A DNA stretch of 64,000 nt from an uncultured virus (IMG/VR IMGVR_UViG_3300029920_000005) (taxonomy: Duplodnaviria; Heunggongvirae; Uroviricota; Caudoviricetes), in the IMG/VR virus record IMGVR_UViG_3300029920_000005; one strand, written 5' to 3'. Shown here piece after piece: positions 1-9,468 of the stretch (the stretch's first letter is position 1; each line of letters begins with the position of its first letter). The position numbers and the translations under genes were made by a program. A model generated the notes under the pieces. It saw only the letters and a program-made list of their open reading frames with translations, had not been told where the DNA came from and made no database searches.

Positions 1-168
1 CAAACGAGCCATTTCTGTATTTTCAGATTTTAGCCTGTCGATTTCGGCCTGTGCGTCTGGTGGATATGTGTAGAGCGGAATTGCATCGGATTGTTTATCT
101 CGTTCGTTCCATCCATGGCACAGATACGGAGATACTTTTACTTTTCGCAATTCATCAGGCCGCATCCA
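1..168 (+). repeat. Near-identical copy of 62659-62826
   Basis: Direct comparison: CAAACGAGCCATTTCTG...CAGGCCGCATCCA with only a few mismatches, then divergence. Confidence 0.95.
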
Positions 169-312
169 TACGGCAGGCTCAGACTTCGGCACTTGAGCGA
201 TGATGGCTTCGAGGTTAATATTTCGAACATAAGATAAAGGCGCTGATCCAGTCACATGCGCATAGCACGCATCCCGCACGGACTCTGCCAATTGCTTGAT
301 GTAATCAGTCAT
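1..312 (-). CDS. Phage hypothetical protein (runs off the window); its C-terminal part matches 62443-62988
   Basis: ATG at 312 gives MTDYIKQL...WMRPDELRKVKVSPYLCHGWNERDKQSDAIPLYTYPPDAQAEIDRLK. Confidence 0.7.
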   Translation of the reverse strand, partial: MTDYIKQLAESVRDACYAHVTGSAPLSYVRNINLEAIIAQVPKSEPAVWMRPDELRKVKVSPYLCHGWNERDKQSDAIPLYTYPPDAQAEIDRLKSENTEMARL

Positions 313-563
313 GCTGCACTCGCTTTCTCGCGTGCGGTCAGCATGGCGTCTGCGATATCGTATGCATCCTCTGCGGCCTTGTTTACCCCGGTGAATTCGG
401 ACGGTGCCCACTCTTGCGCCAACATCCCCTGCATGGCCTTGGCCGCGAAATAGTCGCGCAGAGTCATGCCGTCTTCACCCCCGTCGACAGATGATACAAT
501 TTCACTGCCTACTGCGGCGATGTGCTGCGGAAACGCCGGGCCGCCATCGTTGATCTTAGTCAT
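309..563 (-). CDS. Conserved small phage protein (INDGGPAFP...GMTLRDYFAAKAMQG family)
   Basis: Widespread phage early-gene motif; start MTKIND overlaps the upstream stop. Confidence 0.8.
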   Translation of the reverse strand: MTKINDGGPAFPQHIAAVGSEIVSSVDGGEDGMTLRDYFAAKAMQGMLAQEWAPSEFTGVNKAAEDAYDIADAMLTAREKASAA

Positions 564-949
564 GCTGTTTGCTCCTGTTTGAGTATCCCTCGCCCGATCA
601 TCGTGATTCGCATTCTGGCCGTGGCCAGTCGGCGTTTTGCCGCTTTGCGCTGCTGGGCTAAATCGTGCGCGCACAGGCAGGCAGGGCAGATGGCCAGCTC
701 TTCACGGATTTCCGCGTCTGAGAGGTAGTAGATCTCGTCATCGATAACCTCTGGCTCATATGCGGCGTGCAGATGCGTCACGTCATCACCGTCTTTCCAC
801 TCCCCGTCTTCGCCGTAATATTCAAACCTCCCTTTGACGCCCTTGCAGCCATGCAGTGCGGACTGAAGGTCTTTCGACAGTCGTTTAACATCAGCTTGCG
901 CCAGCGCGATATTGCGAATTGCGTCTAAGGCGCGTTGACCTTTATCCAT
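560..949 (-). CDS. Phage hypothetical protein (CxxCxC)
   Basis: 129 aa ORF, conserved in the second prophage. Confidence 0.8.
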   Translation of the reverse strand: MDKGQRALDAIRNIALAQADVKRLSKDLQSALHGCKGVKGRFEYYGEDGEWKDGDDVTHLHAAYEPEVIDDEIYYLSDAEIREELAICPACLCAHDLAQQRKAAKRRLATARMRITMIGRGILKQEQTA

Positions 950-1076
950 TATTCCTCTCCCTCCTCATACCCAGGACGCATCACCAGCGATTCGCGCCAG
1001 TCGATTCCGATGGTGTCTATTGGCAATATATGATCGATACGCGCTTGAGCGTGCCATGATCCCCACGCACTTGTGC
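560..1076 (+). repeat. Highly similar copy of 63484-64000
   Basis: Paralogous 129-aa ORFs (MDKGQRALDAIRNIALAQ) and the adjacent gene end align without gaps. Confidence 0.95.
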
Positions 1077-1344
1077 CAACATCTGGGAGAGTGCTATAAC
1101 CAAATACGTGGCCGTCAGCATCCATTGCCACATACACAATCTCAGGCCGCAACACGCCCCAAGGAATGACGAGCTGACGGGGCTTGAGGCGGTAGCAACT
1201 GCTCAGGTGGATAAACGAGTTGCGTTTTCCCATCCACACTCCATCCGGCTGATAAGACTCCACGCTCGCCGGATCAGCAACCAGCGCCTCGACAATCTCG
1301 CTACGCTGTTCAGGCGTCATGTCTCTAAATTTGATCGGTTCCAT
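949..1344 (-). CDS. Phage hypothetical protein
   Basis: 131 aa ORF abutting its neighbour; 3' end conserved at 63873-64000. Confidence 0.75.
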   Translation of the reverse strand: MEPIKFRDMTPEQRSEIVEALVADPASVESYQPDGVWMGKRNSFIHLSSCYRLKPRQLVIPWGVLRPEIVYVAMDADGHVFGYSTLPDVGTSAWGSWHAQARIDHILPIDTIGIDWRESLVMRPGYEEGEE

Positions 1345-1426
1345 TGTTTCCGCTACTCCTTAAAATGTAAGTTGTTAGTTGCCATGGGGCGTTTCCCTTA
1401 CACATTTTGATAAACATTTCTTTTTG

Positions 1427-1488
1427 TCCGGACCGGGCGGCGGACTCGGCGGACCTAGCGGACCGGGCGGACCGGGCGGACCGGAAGG
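1427..1488 (-). repeat. 9-bp tandem repeats (GCGGACCGG-like) encoding SARSARSAESAARS
   Basis: Seen directly; lies in the short ORF 1325-1519, possibly a gene remnant. Confidence 0.6.
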
Positions 1489-1805
1489 CGCGTTGACCGT
1501 TGTCCATCATCACTCCCATGAAAAAGCCGCCTCAGTGGGCGGCGTGTTAGGCTGTTTAATACCGAGTCGTGATGCCATGCTTCTGCCTGAGCGACATTGC
1601 TCAATAGGAGATAAAAATGCATCAACTCACTCTGCAAGAAGTGCAGAAGGCCATTGCGCAAGCGCAGCCATCTCAACTCATGCTACTGAAGCAATCTGCC
1701 AAAAATTGGATTTATGAAGAACAGAATGGCGTTCTCAAGTTTGAGCTTGGCGTTCGTGATGCGCTTGATCGACTGCTGATAGCGTAAGGTCAGGAAGTCC
1801 TCCGG

Positions 1806-2720
1806 TCACGCCGCCACCAGCATCGCCTGAATTACATCCCGCGCGACCGGCGGGCAGACTGCATTGCCGAGCATGTGCATGGCCAACTTTGAAGTTTCCG
1901 GCAGGATGTAATCGGCAGGGAATCCCATCGCCGCCCTGGCCTCTTGCACACTGAGCATGCGCATCCGGTCGCCGTCGACAATCCCCCATCGATCTCGGGT
2001 GGTGATCGTGCCGATCGGGCGGGCGATGCTCCGGCCGCCGCGCTCGTTGCCGTAGTACGCCGTCAAGAACCGCTCACCGTGCTGCCGGCGCCCGTTCTCG
2101 ATCCGCTCCAGTGTCGCAGCGGCTCGCCCGGGCTTCTCGATCTGCGACCACTTCCCGCCGTCGAAGTCGATGATGCCGGACACTGGGACGTGCTCACGCT
2201 GTGGCAGGTTGAGCATCAGCGGGTACTGACTGCGCGTGCCGACGATAAAAAGCCGCTCACGGTTCTGCGGTACACCATGGTCAGCAGCGTCAACGATATG
2301 CGGAGACAGGCAGTAGCCCAGCGCTTCCATGGCCATACGCCATGCTGGGTACAGTGACCACTGCACAAATTCAGGCACATTTTCGATGATGCAGAACTGC
2401 GGACGGTGGTACTCGGCGGCAGAGACGACTGCCCAGGCTGTCGAGCGGCTGGCATCGTGCTGTGGGTTGCCGTGCTCTTTGCCGCGGGCTTTGCTGTGGC
2501 CTTGGCAGCAAGGGCTTGCCATCAGCAGGTCATGTGCCGGCACTTCCATCCACCGCGCCTGATGCAGGTCTTGGCAGGCATGCCGCGCGCCCGGATGATT
2601 GGCTTCGTGAATCTCAACCGCCGATTGCCAGTGGTTTGCGGCCCAGACGACATCGATGCCGGCCATGCGGGCGCCGGTGCTGAAGCCTCCAGCGCCGGCG
2701 AACAGGTCGATTGCTTTCAT
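1806..2720 (-). CDS. DNA cytosine-5 methyltransferase
   Basis: Motif I DLFAGAGG, catalytic SPCCQ, ENV, QNRER, terminal LGNAV. Confidence 0.95.
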   Translation of the reverse strand: MKAIDLFAGAGGFSTGARMAGIDVVWAANHWQSAVEIHEANHPGARHACQDLHQARWMEVPAHDLLMASPCCQGHSKARGKEHGNPQHDASRSTAWAVVSAAEYHRPQFCIIENVPEFVQWSLYPAWRMAMEALGYCLSPHIVDAADHGVPQNRERLFIVGTRSQYPLMLNLPQREHVPVSGIIDFDGGKWSQIEKPGRAAATLERIENGRRQHGERFLTAYYGNERGGRSIARPIGTITTRDRWGIVDGDRMRMLSVQEARAAMGFPADYILPETSKLAMHMLGNAVCPPVARDVIQAMLVAA

Positions 2721-2779
2721 GCGGGTTCCAGATATGAAGAAGCCCGCATCAGCGGGCTTGGTGGGTTAGGGTGGGGCGG

Positions 2780-3037
2780 TCAGACAGGCGCATTTTCCTG
2801 CGCTTTCACGGGCTTGCCGCAGACCGGGCAGAACGCGCACATGAACGACGTTTCTTTGCCTTTTCGGTAGCCGGACTTGTCCGCCTTCACCGTGTAGATC
2901 AGGCGAGGAACCTCATCCAATGTGGCCCCGAACACCATTGCGATTGATTGACACTCGACCGTCGCAGGCTTGCCCAACTTCTCGCTGTAATGCTTGGCCA
3001 GCTTGGGTTCGAGGTCGCGCATACATGTGCATTGCAT
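2780..3037 (-). CDS. Small zinc-binding phage protein (CxC...FCPVCG)
   Basis: 85 aa from MQCTC, with GGAG RBS. Confidence 0.7.
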   Translation of the reverse strand: MQCTCMRDLEPKLAKHYSEKLGKPATVECQSIAMVFGATLDEVPRLIYTVKADKSGYRKGKETSFMCAFCPVCGKPVKAQENAPV

Positions 3038-3074
3038 ATGGTTCTCCAGACATAAAAAATCCCGCCGGGCGGGA

Positions 3075-3239
3075 TCAGGGTTTTCGGTAAGTCTTGCGTA
3101 TGTCCAAACTGATTGACCGCCCGCGTCGCCGCAGTGCATTGGCCAGTCTGCACCGGTCGTGATGGCTGTTCGTCGCCTGACCGAGCAATCCGAAGTACGA
3201 ATTTGCCGTTTCAAACAGGTCGACTTTATCGATGTCAAC
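3075..3239 (-). pseudogene. C-terminal remnant of a DGR reverse transcriptase
   Basis: Startless frame VDIDKVDLFETANSYFGLLGQATNSHHDRCRLANALRRRG...KTYRKP*, resembling the SYxG thumb-domain tail of phage DGR RTs; followed by a terminator. Confidence 0.7.
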
Positions 3240-3408
3240 CACGCGCCGAATTGGCGCGATAGATCAAGACAACAAGCTCCAAGCATTCGCCGTCCAGCCG
3301 CTTCCCGTGGTCGCGGTAATTGCGCGGGAATTGACTGGCAAGCTTTTTGACTAAAATGGTGAGGTCGTAGGTCACCTTGTAGATCGGCAATTCGGAATGC
3401 AAAGACAT
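3235..3408 (-). pseudogene. avd: Truncated Avd-like four-helix-bundle protein (57 aa)
   Basis: MSLHSELPIYKVTYDL...FPRNYR...ECLELVVLIYRAN, then an abrupt stop at the junction with the RT fragment. Confidence 0.8.
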
Positions 3409-3420
3409 AAGTCAAAACCT

Positions 3421-3438
3421 GCGCGGGCGAGCCCGCGC
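3421..3438 (-). other. GC hairpin downstream of DGR target 1 (IMH-associated cruciform candidate)
   Basis: GCGCGGGC-GA-GCCCGCGC; a second hairpin AACCCGGC-TGGC-GCCGGGTT at about 4067-4086 follows target 2. Confidence 0.6.
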
Positions 3439-3454
3439 TTAAATGGATGAAGTG

Positions 3455-4045
3455 CTAAATGAACAATCTGCGGACGGCCAGCGCGCGCACCTCGTAGTCC
3501 TTGCTGATGTGGTATGGGCTGCCATCAGCGAAGACCTGGTCGTATGCGCTGCTCGGGCTGTACTGCGTGCTGGTGAGATACCAGCCCTTCGGAAACAGCG
3601 CCGCCATGTTGATTTCCACCAGCGCCAGCTCGCGCCGCGCCGGGAGGTAGAAATCGCTGAGGCCGTCGATGACGAGGCCTCGGGCCCATTCCGCCGCCGG
3701 ATGTTCGTGCTCCGATTCAACCAATGCCTTGGCATTGGCCCATCCATCCCAGTGGCTTTTCGCCCCCGGTTCGTCTTTGCCGTAACCGCCCCAAGCGATT
3801 TTCGCAATCTGGCCATCCGGATGCTCGGCGACGATCACGTAATACGGACGCGACCCGTCGGGTGGCACGATCAGCCCGGCGTTTTTTCCGCCTTGTCCCG
3901 GCCAGAGTTCGCCAGGGAGCGGCGTGCGCCCCATGTGCGATGTAAATATAGCTGCTTGGCTTTGCCGAGGTTCGGCGGTGCTTGCGTCGGCTGGCGCAAA
4001 ATTGATGGTCAAGTTCTGGATGGACAACTCGAATTTCGATCCCAT
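3455..4045 (-). CDS. Lcl/DUF1566 C-type lectin-fold protein, DGR target 1
   Basis: DFYLPARREL...WYLTSTQYS...VRALAVRR; C-terminal variable region rich in NNC codons. Confidence 0.85.
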   Translation of the reverse strand: MGSKFELSIQNLTINFAPADASTAEPRQSQAAIFTSHMGRTPLPGELWPGQGGKNAGLIVPPDGSRPYYVIVAEHPDGQIAKIAWGGYGKDEPGAKSHWDGWANAKALVESEHEHPAAEWARGLVIDGLSDFYLPARRELALVEINMAALFPKGWYLTSTQYSPSSAYDQVFADGSPYHISKDYEVRALAVRRLFI

Positions 4046-4101
4046 TCGTTTACTCCTGAAAAGGCAAACCCGGCTGGCGCCGGGTTAAATTGAAAAATGA
4101 C

Positions 4102-4713
4102 TTAATGGATGATGTGAATCGTGCGGACGGCGCGCACCCGCGCCTCATTTTCCTTAGTGGTGCTGGTTGTGCCGCCACCGGTGAAACTCTGAATCCAGGC
4201 GCGGCTGGACGAAAACTGCGTTGATGCCCAGTACCACTCGGCCTGCAAGGCGTGCTCATCGCCCTCACGGAAGCCTTCGATAGCGGTCTGTGTCGGGGAC
4301 TGCTCCGTGTACGGGTAGCCGAGCGGAAGGCTGGAAGTGTTGTCGCCGTCGCGGAACGAGCACGAATTGGCACGCGTGGTCGGTTTGAAATGGCGGTATA
4401 GCAGCTCCAGCTGGTCACGTGCCGGGATGGCCCAGTCAGTAAATCCGCCGATTTCCAGCATCAGCGCCTGCTTGGCCAGTTCGCTGCCAGCCTCGGCCAT
4501 GGCGATGGTATTGGCCAGACCATCGGTGTAGCTGCGGGCACCGGAAACGTCTTGTCCGTATTCGCCCCACACGCCTTCGAGATTGCCTTCTTTCCCGGAA
4601 ACGATCAGGGCGCGGGTCTCGCCGCCTTGCTTGAACAGTCCGGCGAAGAAGCCGCCTTCGAACGGGGTCAGCAGTTCGGTCGGGATAAGATGTGCTGCGA
4701 TTGCTTTTTGCAT
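4102..4713 (-). CDS. Lcl/DUF1566 protein, DGR target 2 or paralogue
   Basis: DWAIPARDQLELLY...WYWASTQFS...RVRAVR; start chosen at MQKAIA. Confidence 0.85.
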   Translation of the reverse strand: MQKAIAAHLIPTELLTPFEGGFFAGLFKQGGETRALIVSGKEGNLEGVWGEYGQDVSGARSYTDGLANTIAMAEAGSELAKQALMLEIGGFTDWAIPARDQLELLYRHFKPTTRANSCSFRDGDNTSSLPLGYPYTEQSPTQTAIEGFREGDEHALQAEWYWASTQFSSSRAWIQSFTGGGTTSTTKENEARVRAVRTIHIIH

Positions 4714-4852
4714 GTCAGTGTACTTAGTGCCCGGTGCGGGCGTAAAAAATCCCGCAATCGCGGGCTTGAATTTCATACCCCCGCGCGCTTCGTCCGAATG
4801 GACGCCGGCGCGCTGCATGAAACCGGTGAGGGACCGGGCGGGGTGGGTGGTG

Positions 4853-5017
4853 TTACGCGACCTGAGCCTTGAATTTCCAGCCGTCGCGGTCATTGGCCAG
4901 ATGTGCGTTGCGCTCCTCCAGCGCCTCGATCTGCCGCTCTTGCGAGGCGATCCGGGCTTTCAGCGCATCGTTCTCGATGATCAACTGCGCCAGCGACCTG
5001 TTTTCCGTGGTGTCCAT
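4853..5017 (-). CDS. Small coiled-coil protein (54 aa)
   Basis: MDTTENRSLAQLIIENDALKARI..., GGAGG RBS. Confidence 0.6.
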   Translation of the reverse strand: MDTTENRSLAQLIIENDALKARIASQERQIEALEERNAHLANDRDGWKFKAQVA

Positions 5018-5074
5018 AAATCCTCCGATAATGTTTTCTCATGGCGTGAAACACTCGATGTCGACTTCTCAAAC

Positions 5075-5977
5075 TCATCCAGCCGCATCCAATCCGCCGA
5101 GTGCCTCGATCAGCCCATCAACCAGGTCGCCCAGCTCCTCGACCATCAGCGTAAGCGTGGCCTCAAACAGGCTGGCGCTGTCGTCGCCAGCCTGACTGGC
5201 TTCATCCTGCAGGACATCGAGGAACTGAATGCGCTTGAGCTGCAGCGTGTCGGTCAGCACAAAGCGCACGCGCTCGTTCCAGATCAATCCGAGCTTCGTA
5301 ACCTGCTTGCCGGTGGCGATGTGCTGGCGAATTTCATCAGAGGTCAGATCCATGCGAACGCAGCGGATTACCGCACCGTTTTCGCTCGGGTCGCGCAGCT
5401 CGACTTCGGCATCCAGCTCAAAACCTTCTGGCGCTTCGCCCGCGGCCAGCCAATCGGTCATGGCGGTGTGCGGGGCAAACTTGGCGCGGGGCAAGGCAGC
5501 CGGGAACGGCGGCAGAGCCTCACGCAGTTTGCTGACCAGCGCTTCCGCCTTGCTGGATGTGGACGTGTCGACCATCAGCCATCTGCGGCGATTGTCGATG
5601 TAGGCGTTCAGGCGGCCTTCCCGGGTGAAGGCTTTCGGTAGCAGGTCATCGGTCACCTGTTCTTTTAATGCCTGCTTTTCCTTGTGGCCAATGCCGCGAT
5701 GGTCGCGCTGTTCGATCTCCAGCGCCTTTTCATCGACGGCTGCGCGGATCGTCACTACCGGCAGAACCTTGTCTTCGCGCTTGAGCGAGACCAGCAGGCA
5801 GTCGCGGGCCTTGAATACCGGGCTGCCGACGTGGCTTGCCGGCCAGACCCAGCCCTCGGTAAACCAGTCCAGTCCGGCGCATTTGGCGAACGGCGCTTTA
5901 TCCAGGCGTTCGGACAATGCCGCGCCGTCGACCGGGGCGGACAGGCGGAAAATTGAAAGTTGTTTGAACCAGGTCAT
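5075..5977 (-). CDS. rdgC: Recombination-associated protein RdgC
   Basis: MxWFKQLSIFRL, EDKVLP, LLPKAFT, GKQVTKLGLIW motifs; 300 aa. Confidence 0.95.
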   Translation of the reverse strand: MTWFKQLSIFRLSAPVDGAALSERLDKAPFAKCAGLDWFTEGWVWPASHVGSPVFKARDCLLVSLKREDKVLPVVTIRAAVDEKALEIEQRDHRGIGHKEKQALKEQVTDDLLPKAFTREGRLNAYIDNRRRWLMVDTSTSSKAEALVSKLREALPPFPAALPRAKFAPHTAMTDWLAAGEAPEGFELDAEVELRDPSENGAVIRCVRMDLTSDEIRQHIATGKQVTKLGLIWNERVRFVLTDTLQLKRIQFLDVLQDEASQAGDDSASLFEATLTLMVEELGDLVDGLIEALGGLDAAG

Positions 5978-7140
5978 GCGGCCTCCTGCTGTGCGCGCGC
6001 CGATGCGATAAAGGCTTCGGCATTCTTGATGGCACGTTCGCGGTGAATGTTGCTGCCGTCCCTGATGGATTCGATCAGGTCGAGCATGAGCTTGATGTGC
6101 TCGGGGTCGTCGCGGAGCGGGGCTGGTGCGGGCGCCGTTGCCACTGACGTGAGCTTGGGCGGCACAACCGCAATCGGTGCGGGTGCGGCTTCAACGACAA
6201 CCGGCGCCGGCTTCGGCAGGGCAGCCAGTTCGTCCTGCTGCCGCTTGATTTCAGCCTGTTGAGCTGCGAGGGCGTCGGCCTGAGTCTTGGCTGCACGCTC
6301 TTGCTCGACCCGGGCCGCGCCCAGCTTCCGGCGTTCTTCTGCAATAGCCGCAGACTCTGCGTCGCGTTGGATCTTGGCTTTGCGCTCCTGCTCTGCGCGC
6401 TCGTCAGCCAGTCGCTTGCGCTCGGCAGCAAGGGCGGCGGCGTCGGCCGCTTGCTGCTTGCGCTGGCGCTCAAATTCGTCGCGTTCCGCCTTGGCCCGAG
6501 CCTGCTCGGCTTCGGCCTCCTTGGCGCTGGTCAGCGCCAGATCCAGTTTTTCGAGCGCGGATTGCTTGGCTGACGCGGCGGTGGTGGTAAATTCTTCGAA
6601 GCTCGCGTCGATCTCGACTGCCGTGACTGTCTCGATTGCGCCCTGAATGTGTTCCGCCGACTTGCCGATGCAGTCCAGCGCCACCAGTCCGAATGCGTCG
6701 ATTCGGAATTTAATGGCGTCGATGCGCTCGGCTTCGATGCGCGCTTTCTCGGCTTTGATGGCCTCTTTACGCGCATCTTCGTCTTTGATGAGGGCGTCGA
6801 ACCGGGCTTCGTACGGCGTAACCTCGGCCTCCAGCGCCTTATAGTGCGAGTCAATCAGTTTGCCGATTTCGAGGATCGGTGCTTTGCGCTGCTGGCGCGT
6901 GGCGTTGGCGCCTGTGCGAATACCCTTGAACGTCGCGCGATGGGTCGTCGCCAGCTTGTAGCCCGCCGGGGTGGTGACGTCGATCTCTGCCGGAATGGCT
7001 GCGATAGCCAGCGCCAGCGCCGTGTGATGGCCGGCATAGACGGCGGTGACGTAGGTCACCGGGTCGATGGTTAGCAGATCGCGCGATGCGATCTCGGCCG
7101 GCTCGACCAGGGCGACGCCGGTTTGTTCGGGTTGTTCCAT
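5974..7140 (-). CDS. Long coiled-coil phage protein (recombination module)
   Basis: 388 aa, Ala/Glu/Lys-rich, RKAPILEIGKLID motif. Confidence 0.75.
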   Translation of the reverse strand: MEQPEQTGVALVEPAEIASRDLLTIDPVTYVTAVYAGHHTALALAIAAIPAEIDVTTPAGYKLATTHRATFKGIRTGANATRQQRKAPILEIGKLIDSHYKALEAEVTPYEARFDALIKDEDARKEAIKAEKARIEAERIDAIKFRIDAFGLVALDCIGKSAEHIQGAIETVTAVEIDASFEEFTTTAASAKQSALEKLDLALTSAKEAEAEQARAKAERDEFERQRKQQAADAAALAAERKRLADERAEQERKAKIQRDAESAAIAEERRKLGAARVEQERAAKTQADALAAQQAEIKRQQDELAALPKPAPVVVEAAPAPIAVVPPKLTSVATAPAPAPLRDDPEHIKLMLDLIESIRDGSNIHRERAIKNAEAFIASARAQQEAA

Positions 7141-7178
7141 GGCTTTCTCCACGAAAAACCCCGCCGAAGCGGGGCTGA

Positions 7179-7856
7179 TTATTTGGTGAGCGCGGCGCGG
7201 AGTCGCGGTTCGATGTTGGGCTGATTCAACAGCCATTTGACGTAATCGCGCGGAACCTGCGACAGCGGCACGCCGGCATGCTTGCCGAACGGCATTGCCA
7301 CCGGCACCAGTGCGTGCTCGGACAGCTCGTGCAACTCCTGCCAGCTCGTCACTTTCAGGTCATTCAGCAGCGCCAGTAGGATCTCGCGGCAGATACCGAC
7401 GTCAGCCAGGGCGCTGTGAGCGCTGCGCAATACCTCGCGCGCCGCTTTGCCCTTGAGGTAGTACAGCAGGGCGCTTTGCGTGTGGCTGTCGAGTGATGGC
7501 CATGCCATCCGCGCCAGCGCCAGGGTGTCGATCAACTTGACCGGCGGCTTGCCGATGACGATCCAGTCGAAGCCGTCGACGTTGTGGCCGATTAAGTAAT
7601 CGGTCGGCGGCAGCGCGAAATTCGTGTGCGACGGGCAGTCCACCAGGTCATCCGGATGAATGTGGTGCGTAGCCAGCGCGCCGAGGTTGATGCGTTTGGT
7701 CGGGTTGTAGCGCTGTTCAAACCGGTCAATAACTGCGCAGACCGGCGGTTCGTCCAATTCCAGCCAGGCGGCTTCAACCACGTCAGGCAGGGCGCCGGTC
7801 TTCTTGTCGATGTGGCCGGTGGTCTCAATATCAAAGATGCGTGCGGTTTGGGCCAT
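7179..7856 (-). CDS. DEDDh 3'-5' exonuclease (ExoX-like) with C-terminal MPFGKH domain
   Basis: DIETTG, GHNV, DTL, AHSALAD, MPFGKHAG...VPRDY..WL. Confidence 0.9.
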   Translation of the reverse strand: MAQTARIFDIETTGHIDKKTGALPDVVEAAWLELDEPPVCAVIDRFEQRYNPTKRINLGALATHHIHPDDLVDCPSHTNFALPPTDYLIGHNVDGFDWIVIGKPPVKLIDTLALARMAWPSLDSHTQSALLYYLKGKAAREVLRSAHSALADVGICREILLALLNDLKVTSWQELHELSEHALVPVAMPFGKHAGVPLSQVPRDYVKWLLNQPNIEPRLRAALTK

Positions 7857-7868
7857 GGTGAGCTCCGG

Positions 7869-8585
7869 TTAAATGCAGTGAATAATGACGCGGTTTTCAA
7901 GCCCGATCGGGGAAAATGGTATATCGTCGTCGATGTCGTTATATTTCTTCGGTTGAGGCTGTTCACGGCGCCCCGGCGGGGAAACCTTACTGGCGCTGCC
8001 ACCCTTGAGGCGCTTGACGGGGTTTGCCGCGATCCAGTCAACACGGGCAGCCAGCCGCTTCGGCTCTTTGCATTTGTCCCCGTCCAGCACTTCGGAAGCG
8101 ATCTTTTCATCCGACGGCGAGAACCAGGTGTCGAACAGGGCTTTTTCTTTCACTTCACCGCTGTCAGACAGATACTCTTCCATGCGGAAGAGGGCGCCAA
8201 TCGGCTTGCCCATCAACGCCGCCAGCAGCGGAGCCCGAACAAGCTGACGGGACTGAGATGCGGCGTCCCATTTCTCGATTTCGCCCATTACCGGGTCCGG
8301 CAGATCGCGCAGTCGCAGACAGGCCATCAACGAATCCAGCTCTTGAAAGCCGCCCTCATTGTCGGTCGGCTGGTGAGTGCTCTTGTCTTCGTATGTCAGA
8401 TTGCTATACCAGCGAGCTTCTTGCCCTGTCGTGGTCTTGAACGAAAACGAAATCCCGCTGGACGTCGTCTTCTGGACGTATTCAGCCACCAGCAAGGTGC
8501 CAACAAATTTACCCGGCTGCGTAATGCCGGACTGGCGGTTGTCGGCGGCGCGCGCCGATTCCGCGTTCAGGGTGCGAAAAGCCAT
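7869..8585 (-). CDS. Putative phage ssDNA-binding protein
   Basis: Follows the Sak4-like ATPase; acidic DIDDDIPF motif near the C-terminus. Confidence 0.65.
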   Translation of the reverse strand: MAFRTLNAESARAADNRQSGITQPGKFVGTLLVAEYVQKTTSSGISFSFKTTTGQEARWYSNLTYEDKSTHQPTDNEGGFQELDSLMACLRLRDLPDPVMGEIEKWDAASQSRQLVRAPLLAALMGKPIGALFRMEEYLSDSGEVKEKALFDTWFSPSDEKIASEVLDGDKCKEPKRLAARVDWIAANPVKRLKGGSASKVSPPGRREQPQPKKYNDIDDDIPFSPIGLENRVIIHCI

Positions 8586-8602
8586 TTGATTCTCCAGAAG
8601 TA

Positions 8603-9262
8603 TCAGGCGGCGGCAGCTTGGCCGATCCCGTAGTAATTACAGATGGCGGCGTCGACCGCCTCCAGGTCGTTGTCGATCATCGCGGCGTCAAACAAACCCA
8701 TTGGCGACTTGACGGTGTCGAACCCGCTGTTCCGGGTCGTAAAGTGGAACTGGCCATCCATAACCTTCGTGCGCAGGCAGATGGTTACCATGCCGTCCAG
8801 GGAGACTTTCTCATCGAGCATCTTCCCGATGGTCTTGATCTTCGTCATGCCGTCCGACGACGTGTCGGTGTGGCACAGGACATAGACCCGAACATCGTCA
8901 GGCAGATCCGCAGCATCCATGATGACTTTCCATGCGTGATGCCCGATCTCCGAGAACTTATCGAATCCGCGCTCGTCGGTACGGCGCATAAATTCGTTGC
9001 ACATCAGGTACTGGTAATCGTCGATGACGACCCGTTTGCGCGACGTTTTTTGCATCAGCTCGATGATTTTTTGATAGTCATCCGTCACGAAAATGTTTCC
9101 CGTTTTGCAGCTCTCGCGGTTGAACAGCTTCCACGTTGCGGAGCGGAACGGAAGCGGCTTCTTGATGCACTGAATCAGCAGCGTCTCTTCGGGCGGCATA
9201 TTGCGCATGCTTGCCGACTTCCCGGTCCCGGGCTCGCCAAGGATGAATGTGGTGATGCCCAT
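8603..9262 (-). CDS. AAA_24/Sak4-like ATPase (ssDNA annealing)
   Basis: Walker A GEPGTGKS, Walker B VVIDD, KTIGKMLDEK, KSPMGLF. Confidence 0.9.
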   Translation of the reverse strand: MGITTFILGEPGTGKSASMRNMPPEETLLIQCIKKPLPFRSATWKLFNRESCKTGNIFVTDDYQKIIELMQKTSRKRVVIDDYQYLMCNEFMRRTDERGFDKFSEIGHHAWKVIMDAADLPDDVRVYVLCHTDTSSDGMTKIKTIGKMLDEKVSLDGMVTICLRTKVMDGQFHFTTRNSGFDTVKSPMGLFDAAMIDNDLEAVDAAICNYYGIGQAAAA

Positions 9263-9276
9263 GGCTTATGTCCTCG

Positions 9277-9468
9277 TTATGCGAAATCGGCGCCAGCCAG
9301 AGCCTTTGCCATCTCGCGTTCGAATCGGTCGTTGCGGCGCAGCGTCAGGCTGCGATCCGCGTCAGTGATGGGGCGGTTTGTCGGGCCGCCCAGAATCAGC
9401 GAGCGGACCAGCGCAATGTGACCGGCGCGCTCCTTGCTCGCCCTGGGCGGCACATCCAGCGGCGCCAT
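9277..9468 (-). CDS. Hypothetical protein
   Basis: 63 aa, coupled to the upstream ORF. Confidence 0.5.
   Translation of the reverse strand: MAPLDVPPRASKERAGHIALVRSLILGGPTNRPITDADRSLTLRRNDRFEREMAKALAGADFA

Noticed and set aside
3075..4713. Active DGR
   Set aside because: No RT catalytic core (YxDD) ORF and no template repeat found in the window
4583..5641. 352-aa plus-strand ORF
   Set aside because: Antisense shadow of rdgC and the Lcl gene; no motifs
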